64,000 nt of DNA from Verrucomicrobiota bacterium (GTDB lineage Bacteria > Verrucomicrobiota > Verrucomicrobiia > Limisphaerales > UBA11358). Shown piece after piece: positions 58,301 to 64,000 of this stretch. Location: positions 5,291 to 69,290 of the forward strand of contig JBEKOG010000024.1 in assembly GCA_049522015.1 (NCBI GenBank), given 5' to 3'. The number at the start of each line of letters is the position of its first letter. The first letter of the stretch is position 1. A program made the position numbers and the translations under genes. Under the pieces are notes generated by a model. That model had not been told where the DNA came from. It saw only the letters and a program-made list of their open reading frames with translations, and did no database searches.

Positions 58301-59144
58301 ACCCGAAGCCAAAGCTGCTGAGCCTAAACCTGAAGCAAAGGTTGAGCCGAAGCCGGAAGCCAAAGCTGAACCTAAGCCGGAAGCCAAAACCGAGCCTAAA
58401 CCCGAAGCTAAAGAGGCGTCTAAACCTGAAGCCAAGGCCGATCCCAAAACTCAAGCCAAAGCCGAGCCTCAGCCCGAAGCCAAAGCCAAGACACCGTCCG
58501 ATTTGACACCGCAGATCGCCAAACGAGCCTATGAACTTTACGAGAAACGAGGCCGCCAGAGCAATCCGGCAGTTCAGGACTGGGAGCAGGCGAAGGGGGA
58601 AATTCTAAAAGATGAGGCCAAGGCCGAGCTTAAGCCCAAAACTAAGGTTGAGCCTCAGCCTGAAACCAAAGCTGAACCTAAACCTGAAGCGAAGGCCGAG
58701 CCTACACCCGAAGCTAAAGAGGCGTCTAAGCCTGAAGCGAAGGCCAAGCCGCAGCCCGAAGCCATAGCTGAACCTAAACCTGAAGCGAAGGTCGAGCCTA
58801 AACCTGAAATCAAAACCGAGCCTGAACCCGAAGTTAAAGAGGGGTCTAAGCCCGAAGCCAAGGCCGATCCCAAAACTCAAGCCAAACCCGACCCGAAGCC
58901 CAAAGCTGAAACTGAAGCCAAGCCTACAGTCGAACCTCAACCTGAATCAAAGGTTGAGCCGCAGCCCAAAGCCAAAGTTGAACCGAAACCTGAAACCAAG
59001 GTCGAGCCGCCGTCCGACGTGTCGCCGCAGCTCGTCAAGCGCGTGCATAAACTTTACGAGGAACTGGGGCGTGAGGACGTTCGCGCGGTTGAGGAATCGG
59101 ATCAGGCGAAGCAAAAGACTCAAGAAGCGGAACCAAAAAAATAG
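55347..59144 (+). CDS. Plasma-membrane-type H+-exporting P-type ATPase (P3A) with a roughly 410-aa P/K/E/A repeat tail
   Basis: FWGPIPWMIE, DQSALTGES, IPVAMPTVLSVTMAVGA, DKTGTLT, FDPPR, GDGVNDAPALKKA, LLNDG. Confidence 0.93.
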   Translation: MKPNADQPKAPEPKPSASTESKPNATNAKTDAKPTAPASKPGAKPDAKPDVKPDPKDDLKTLPLAEVEKKLESSPDGLTQAEAQKRLTQYGPNELTEKKTNLFLKFLSYFWGPIPWMIEIAVILSGVVGHWPDFFIILLLLVANAVVGFWEEREASNAIEALKAKLAIKARVKRDGKWINPPARELVPGDVIRMRLGDIVPADARLLDGDPVEVDQSALTGESLPAERKSGDAVFSGSIIRQGEIGAMVYATGEKTYFGKTAQLVQEAHTVSHFQKAVLKIGNYLIILAVSLVAVIIGFAIYRGDAILTTLQFALVLTVAAIPVAMPTVLSVTMAVGARLLSKKQAIVSRLVAIEELAGVDVLCADKTGTLTQNKLTLGDPFSVNNVPAEQVILNGALASRAENNDTIDLAVLGGLKDKDSLKSYEVVHFQPFDPVHKRTEATVKAKDGKTFKVTKGAPQVILALSANAGQVKPAVEKAVNEFAARGFRSLGVARADGNGQWQFVGVLPLFDPPREDAKATIATALAMGVKVKMVTGDALAIAKETAKKLDMGTNILDAASLGDTKKEETTEVAESIEKADGFAQVFPEHKFHIVDVLQKRGHIVGMTGDGVNDAPALKKADCGIAVSGATDAARAAAAIVLTTPGLSVIIDAIKESRRIFQRMNSYAIYRIAETLRVLFFMTLAILIFNFYPLTAVMIVMLALLNDGAILSIAYDNVHYKDKPEAWNMRMVLGISTVLGIIGVVSAFGLFYLGERVFHLDRAHIQTLMYLKLSVAGHLTIFLTRTRGPFWSHRPARILWVAVVGTQIVATLIAVYGLFMTPLGWGWAGFVWGYALLWFLLNDRVKLLAYRIFDPVKAEAKSEAKAKPDAKIVSKPETKAEPKPEATVEPKPEAKTEPKPEAKADSKTQAKSEPKPKAGAETKPVVEPKPEVKIESKPEAKAEPQPEAKPDAKPDAKIEDKPEVKDESKPDAKADAKPEAKTEAKPEAKAAEPKPEAKVEPKPEAKAEPKPEAKTEPKPEAKEASKPEAKADPKTQAKAEPQPEAKAKTPSDLTPQIAKRAYELYEKRGRQSNPAVQDWEQAKGEILKDEAKAELKPKTKVEPQPETKAEPKPEAKAEPTPEAKEASKPEAKAKPQPEAIAEPKPEAKVEPKPEIKTEPEPEVKEGSKPEAKADPKTQAKPDPKPKAETEAKPTVEPQPESKVEPQPKAKVEPKPETKVEPPSDVSPQLVKRVHKLYEELGREDVRAVEESDQAKQKTQEAEPKK
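57915..59010 (+). repeat. Coding tandem repeat with a degenerate 24-bp unit encoding (A/V/T)EPKPEAK
   Basis: Dozens of GCCGAGCCTAAACCTGAAGCCAAG-like units in frame, interrupted near 58490-58610. Confidence 0.9.
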
Positions 59145-59186
59145 GCCGGTGCGAACAACGCGGCTGACATGGCCGAAAGAATAGAG

Positions 59187-60050
59187 ATGAAAATCAATTC
59201 AAAGGATTTTCGGGTGCGGACCGGAGAAAAGGTCAAACTCAAAGAGTGGCCGACGAGAGTGAAGCCCTTTTGCAAGTCGAAGAAGCGGTATCAAAAACTC
59301 CTGGGAGAACACGTAAAGGAGTTGAGCTCGCTGCAACGCCTTCACTACGCGTCCCACCGCTATGCGTTGCTGCTGATTTTTCAGGGAATGGATGCTGCCG
59401 GCAAGGACGGCGCCATCCGGCATGTCATGTCCGGGGTCAATCCGCAAGGCTGCCAGGTTTTCAGTTTCAAACAACCGAGCGCCGAGGAACTGAAGCACGA
59501 TTTTCTCTGGCGCACGACCCGCCGTTTGCCGGAACGCGGGCGGATCGGCATCTTCAATCGTTCCTATTATGAGGAGGTGCTGATCGTTCGCGTGCATCCG
59601 GAGATTCTCCTCAGCCGGGGGCTTTCGAAAAAGTTGCGCGACGGAAAAACCATCTGGAAGGAGCGGTATCGCTCCATCGTGGATTTGGAGGATCATCTCC
59701 ACCGCAACGGCACCCGGATCATCAAGGTCTTCCTCCATCTGTCGAAGGACGAGCAGCGAAAGCGCTTCCGCGAGCGCGTTGAGGAGCCGGACAAGAACTG
59801 GAAATTCAGCCTCTCGGACATTCACGAGCGGAACTACTGGAAGGATTACATGAAGGCATATGAGGCTTGCCTGAACGCGACCAGCACCCAGCACGCCCCC
59901 TGGCACGTCGTTCCCGCCGATGATAAAAAGAACGCCCGGTTGATTGTTTCCCAAATTGTCCTGGATGCGCTCAATGAACTTAAGATGGCCTATCCCAAAA
60001 CCACCGCGAAACGGCGGCGGGAATTGAAATCCATCCGCAAAAAACTCTGA
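59187..60050 (+). CDS. ppk2: Polyphosphate kinase 2 family protein (class III-like)
   Basis: [45 protein letters not shown]. Confidence 0.92.
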   Translation: MKINSKDFRVRTGEKVKLKEWPTRVKPFCKSKKRYQKLLGEHVKELSSLQRLHYASHRYALLLIFQGMDAAGKDGAIRHVMSGVNPQGCQVFSFKQPSAEELKHDFLWRTTRRLPERGRIGIFNRSYYEEVLIVRVHPEILLSRGLSKKLRDGKTIWKERYRSIVDLEDHLHRNGTRIIKVFLHLSKDEQRKRFRERVEEPDKNWKFSLSDIHERNYWKDYMKAYEACLNATSTQHAPWHVVPADDKKNARLIVSQIVLDALNELKMAYPKTTAKRRRELKSIRKKL

Positions 60051-60104
60051 AGGCAAAACCACGACCAATACCAGAAGCAGCAACTGGCGTCCGCAACCAC
60101 ACCT

Positions 60105-60460
60105 TCACGTGTCACTGCTCCCGGCCTTCTCGACTTCGGCGCGCAACAGGTCGTGCAGGGTGATGACACCCAGAATTTTCCCGCCGTCGTCATCCACCAG
60201 GACGACGAAGTTGCTGGGGGATTCGACCAGCAGCCCTTGCAGCTTGCGGACCGTCTGGTGCGGCAGGCAGGTCGCGGCGCTTTCCAGTTGGGGGAGCGAT
60301 TTTCCCGCAGGGCTGCCTCGGCTTCCCGGCGCGTGAGAATACCCGCCAGTTTGTCCTCCTGCACCACGGGAAAACGCTGATAAGGATGCGACTTCAGGAA
60401 GTCCGGCAATTTGGCCGGGGCCAAGTCGTGGATGATCACCGGCCGGAAATTCGCGCCAAC
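60105..60460 (-). pseudogene. Frameshifted CBS-pair fragment, likely the 3' end of a ClC gene
   Basis: HPYQRFPVV...LAGILTRRE in one frame and ILGVITLHDLLRAE in another. Confidence 0.65.
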
Positions 60461-60654
60461 GTTTTGCTTCTTGACCAGGCGCGGCACGGCTGACACGTTC
60501 TAACTTGCGCATTTCTTCACCGGCCACGCAGGGCATTCCCGATCCCGGCGCGTGAATCATGGCCATGAAGCCAATCGCGGAAGCCTTTGGTGGCGGAGCG
60601 CAAACGCGTCAGGGGAGAAGCGGTCTGATTTGCGCCGGTTGATTTGCGGCACGT

Positions 60655-62439
60655 ATGTTGAAGCGGCTTTGGTTCAGAGAAATTCCCGACATCGGAGAGG
60701 GCGCAACCTTTCTCCGCAAGTGGGGATTCATCGGCATCTTGATCGGCATTGGCGCGGGGGTTGGGGCCTTGGCGTTGATCTGGTGCATTCATCTGACCAC
60801 GCATTACGTGCTCGGCGCGATTGTGGGTTACACGCCGCCGATGCCAGGCGCTGAAGGCGGTTCGGGGGAATATGTTTTCAACATGACCCGGCCGTGGCTG
60901 CTGCCGTTGGTTACGGGAGCCGCCGGTTTGGTCGGCGGCCTGTTGATTTGGAAACTGGCCCCGGAAACGGCGGGCATCGGCACCAACGCGGCCATCCGGG
61001 CGTTTCATAACAATGAAAAGATCGGACTCCGAACGTCCATCTTCAAACTGATCACTTCCGCCATCACGATCGGAAGCGGTTTGACCTCCGGCCGCGAAGG
61101 GCCGATCGCGCAAATCGGGGCCGCCACCGGCGCCAGCATCGCCAAGGCCCTCAAACTCTCGGCGCGGGAATGCAACATCGCCTTGGCCGCCGGACTGGGG
61201 GCCGGCATTGCCGCCATCTTCAAGGCGCCGCTGGCGGGCGCCATCATCGGCGCGGAAATTTTTTACACTGAGGATTTCGAGGTCGAGGCGCTGGTACCCG
61301 GCCTGATCGCGTCGGTGGTCGGTTATACCATCGTGGGTTCGGTCACGGGGTTTCAGCCCATTTTCAATCCGCCGCCCGAAATGATGCAATTCAACCACCC
61401 GTGGTCCCTGGTCCTGTATGCCTTGTTGGGGGTCGGTTGTGGTCTGCTGGCGCGGTTTATGTTCGGCGTTTATTTTCGCATCGAGCGTTTTTTCAAGCGT
61501 TTTCCCCTGTGGCTGGCCACCACCATCGGCGGGTTTTGCACGGGCCTGATTGGCCTGGCGATTCCGACCGTGGTGGGCACGGGTTACGGCTGGGCGCAAT
61601 TTGCCATCAACCGAAACATCATCCTGCTGCCGCCGTTGGTGCTGTTGGCGGCGGCCTTTGCGGAGATCTTCAGCTTGTCGCTGACGCTAGGTTCAGGCAA
61701 TTCCGGCGGTGCTTTCGGTCCGAGCGTGGTAACCGGCGGAATGTTTGGCGGGGCATTCGGCAACGCCGCGAGTTATCTTTTCCCCTCGCTGGAACCGCAT
61801 CCAGGCAACTTTGCCATCGTGGGCATGGTGGCGTTTTTCGCCGCGGCCGCCAAAGCGCCGATTTCCACCATCATCATGATTTCCGAGATGACCGGCGGCT
61901 ATGGTCTGTTGGCGCCAGCCATGTTTGCGGTCGTGACGGCCTTTATTCTCTCGGGCAAGAAAACCATTTTTCCGGCGCAAGTCCGCAGCCGGCTCGATTC
62001 GCCATTCCACGCCGACGAATTCGAACCGATCGTGCTTCGCCGCGTCAAGACCAGCGATGTGATGATTCACCTGCCGGTCTGTGTCAACGCCGACGCCTCT
62101 GTTGCCGATGCCATTGGTTTGATGGGCGATTACGGTCTCAGCGGGTTGCCCGTGGTGGAACAGCGCAAGTTATCTGGCCGGGTAACGCTGTTGTCGGCCC
62201 ATCGGATTCCAGATGCCCAGCGTCAGAGCGTCAAGGTCAAGGAAATCATGTCCAGCGACGTGTATCGGGCTTACCCGGACGAGGATTTGTTCACCATCCT
62301 TAAACGGTTTGCCGCCAAGGACGTCGGCCACCTGCCGGTGGTGACCCACCAGCAGCCGGATTGCCCCATCGGGCTGATCACGCGTTCCGGCCTCTGGACG
62401 GCCTTGGAAACGGCTCGTAAAGGTGTCTTGCCCGAATAG
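60655..62439 (+). CDS. ClC chloride channel or H+/Cl- antiporter with a CBS pair
   Basis: GIGTN (at the GSGIP position), GREGP, FKAPLAG, GGAFGP, SEMTGGY, two CBS domains. Confidence 0.92.
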   Translation: MLKRLWFREIPDIGEGATFLRKWGFIGILIGIGAGVGALALIWCIHLTTHYVLGAIVGYTPPMPGAEGGSGEYVFNMTRPWLLPLVTGAAGLVGGLLIWKLAPETAGIGTNAAIRAFHNNEKIGLRTSIFKLITSAITIGSGLTSGREGPIAQIGAATGASIAKALKLSARECNIALAAGLGAGIAAIFKAPLAGAIIGAEIFYTEDFEVEALVPGLIASVVGYTIVGSVTGFQPIFNPPPEMMQFNHPWSLVLYALLGVGCGLLARFMFGVYFRIERFFKRFPLWLATTIGGFCTGLIGLAIPTVVGTGYGWAQFAINRNIILLPPLVLLAAAFAEIFSLSLTLGSGNSGGAFGPSVVTGGMFGGAFGNAASYLFPSLEPHPGNFAIVGMVAFFAAAAKAPISTIIMISEMTGGYGLLAPAMFAVVTAFILSGKKTIFPAQVRSRLDSPFHADEFEPIVLRRVKTSDVMIHLPVCVNADASVADAIGLMGDYGLSGLPVVEQRKLSGRVTLLSAHRIPDAQRQSVKVKEIMSSDVYRAYPDEDLFTILKRFAAKDVGHLPVVTHQQPDCPIGLITRSGLWTALETARKGVLPE

Positions 62440-62492
62440 CCCCTTAATATAAGGCCAAAAACTTTCTTACCGAGGCGCTTGCGTCGTGGCGA

Positions 62493-63012
62493 CAGCGGTG
62501 TGTTGGAGGCTGCCGCCAGGCCCGCCGCCGCGACCGCCGTCGCCGCTAGCCGCCGGTTCTGCTTGGCTTCACCGGCCAGACCGTCCAGGTTCGAGCTCAC
62601 CGCGCCAGCCAGTTGCACGCTGGGCCCTTCGCGCCCGGAGACTCTGGCCGCCGCCGATGCTGACAATGCCGGCGACAAATTTTACCCAGGCCACGCGCCA
62701 CGGCACCGTCCCGAAATCCTTCCAGAAGGCGAGCTTGAGCTGCGGAATGCTGCTCCCGGCCGCCTCGCGGCAAAAAGAGTTCAGCAACCAGCCCATCAGC
62801 AGGGACGAAACGACGATGATTGCCAGGCTGCCGATGAGGAAAGTGGACGTTGACTGGTGGGACAGGCCGACCAGCCCCAGCCGATAGAGCCAGTTGATGC
62901 CCAATTGAAAAAACACCGCCGACGCGCCGGCGCCCAGGCCGTACAGGCACGTCTGCAACACGGCGCGGGACTGTTTTGGCAGCCTTTGGAGGTGACGGAC
63001 CAGGATCTCCAT
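62493..63012 (-). pseudogene. 5' part of a second ClC gene, frameshifted and truncated
   Basis: EAAGSSIPQ, KFVAG..SIGGGQSL, frameshift, then GREGPSVQ...AAGLAAASNTP. Confidence 0.8.
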
Positions 63013-63107
63013 ATCAAAAAAACGAAAGTCTCTCGCCTGCTCGCGGTCAGTTCAAGGTGAAATTTTCCCCGGCAGCCGGTAGAAACCGGAGAAAATCATG
63101 ACCAATA

Positions 63108-63215
63108 CTGAAGCAACAGTTCAAGGACAAGCTGATCGAGCACAAGCAATACATTGACAAGAACGGCGAAGACCTGCCGGAAATCCGGAATTGGAAATGG
63201 GGCGCAAACAAGTAA
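63108..63215 (+). pseudogene. 3' stub of a phosphoketolase
   Basis: [31 protein letters not shown] versus xfp [31 protein letters not shown]. Confidence 0.85.
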
Positions 63216-63439
63216 TCGACAGGCAGAACAGGCTCGCGCGCCTTTACCTCATTCGACACGGCGAAACCGAGTGGTCGCTCTCCGGCCAGCACACCAGTCG
63301 CACGGACATTCCGATGACCGCGCGCGGCGAGGACGGGGCGCGGGAACTTGGACAGCACCTCCGGGACATTCAGTTTGCTCGTGTGGTGACCACTCCGCGG
63401 CAACGAGCGCGGCGGACGGCTGGATCAGCTTTCGGGTGA
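63191..63439 (+). pseudogene. 5' stub of a histidine phosphatase (phosphoglycerate mutase family)
   Basis: LYLIRHGETEWS..G.HT.RTDIP.T..G and TP.QRARRTA, then a premature stop. Confidence 0.8.
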
Positions 63440-63459
63440 GCACCTCGAATGATGCACGG

Positions 63460-63478
63460 TAGGGTTACACCCCATAGC
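63460..63478 (+). promoter_or_regulatory. Motif copy TAGGGTTACACCCCATAGC upstream of the peptide and ohr
   Basis: TAGCGT lies 18 bp after ATAGCT. Confidence 0.65.
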
Positions 63479-63555
63479 TAAAGACCAGCCCATCGCGTAG
63501 CGTAACTCCAGAAAATGACGGCAAACGAATTGCCATCAAAAAAGAAAGACAAACT

Positions 63556-63663
63556 ATGCATCTATTATTATCGCCGGTTCTTGCCAGTGGCATCTGGATT
63601 GGCGGAGGCTCGCTCGGTCTTGTTCTCCTAATCGTTGTTATCGTTCTGGTGCTTCGCCGCTAA
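63556..63663 (+). CDS. 35-aa single-TM peptide
   Basis: MHLLLSPVLASGIWIGGGSLGLVLLIVVIVLVLRR, A-rich leader, directly behind the motif. Confidence 0.55.
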   Translation: MHLLLSPVLASGIWIGGGSLGLVLLIVVIVLVLRR

Positions 63664-63724
63664 CCGTTGAACCGTTTCGCCGAAGACTTCACCCGACCAT
63701 GTGACTGAGCAACTTAATGCCATT

Positions 63725-64000
63725 TTGAAAACCTTGTTCACAGCCGAAGCGATTTCCAAGGGCGGACGTTCGGGAACCATTCACACACCGGACGGGCTGC
63801 TGGATGTCACGTTGGGAAATCCTTTGGAGAAAGGCATCGAGAAACGCGGTCCCAATCCCGAGCTGTTGTTTGCAGGCGCGTATTCCGCCTGTTACCACGG
63901 CGCCTTGAACAACGCGGCCAAAAAGCTCGGCACAACGGTCAAGGATTCCACGGTGCGGGCGCTGGTGAGCCTGATTGAGGATGACCAGGGTGGCTACCGC
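63725..64000 (+). CDS. ohr: Ohr/OsmC-family peroxiredoxin, runs off the window end
   Basis: KTLFTAEA..GGR.G...DG.LDV.L...NPELLFAGAYSAC; TTG start (or GTG at 63701). Confidence 0.85.
   Translation, partial: MKTLFTAEAISKGGRSGTIHTPDGLLDVTLGNPLEKGIEKRGPNPELLFAGAYSACYHGALNNAAKKLGTTVKDSTVRALVSLIEDDQGGYR

Noticed and set aside
57915-59010. Tandem repeats as a possible CRISPR array
   Set aside because: The units are degenerate, in frame and lack unique spacers; no cas genes are present. It is a coding low-complexity tail.
11850-62650. Programmed frameshifting at the kinase, CBM48, CBS and ClC frameshifts
   Set aside because: No canonical slippery heptamer was noticed, and most of these genes are also truncated. 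Decay or sequence error is simpler.
7547-64000. Prophage, IS or integron as the carrier of the region
   Set aside because: No integrase, transposase, phage gene, tRNA att site or attC-like bottom-strand hairpin was recognised.

Overview
GC-rich bacterial DNA. The gene content and intergenic repeat families resemble soil or peat Verrucomicrobiota (inference). About 1-7.6 kb is housekeeping: UbiA-type prenyltransferase, coiled-coil protein and lipoprotein, ygfA, rarA, a 6S RNA not shown by the ORF track, and an ABC exporter, with nested palindromic repeats. About 7.9-64 kb is a mosaic stress/dormancy region. It holds BON, DUF1269-like, SPFH, PRC-barrel and Ohr genes, two near-identical NarL regulators, and a 16.2-kb block (OmpR-type two-component system, Prc protease, TlpA, MoxR-Bat operon) bracketed by 843-bp direct repeats. 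A roughly 24-kb co-oriented run encodes glycogen breakdown to phosphoketolase and acetate kinase, plus a P3A H+-ATPase with a very long repeat tail and PPK2; a ClC gene follows. Three observations stand out. (1) A 19-bp motif, (TA/CC)GGG-N4-ACCCCATAGC, occurs 8 times, nearly always at a -35-like position before stress genes; this is a candidate undescribed regulon analogous to DosR. (2) A second shared promoter architecture with a CusR/CopR-like box precedes prc and moxR-bat. (3) More than a dozen gene stubs and recurring junction repeats point to repeated duplication and reciprocal loss, with no transposase or integrase visible. No tRNA, rRNA or CRISPR array was seen. All calls are by eye and were not database-checked.
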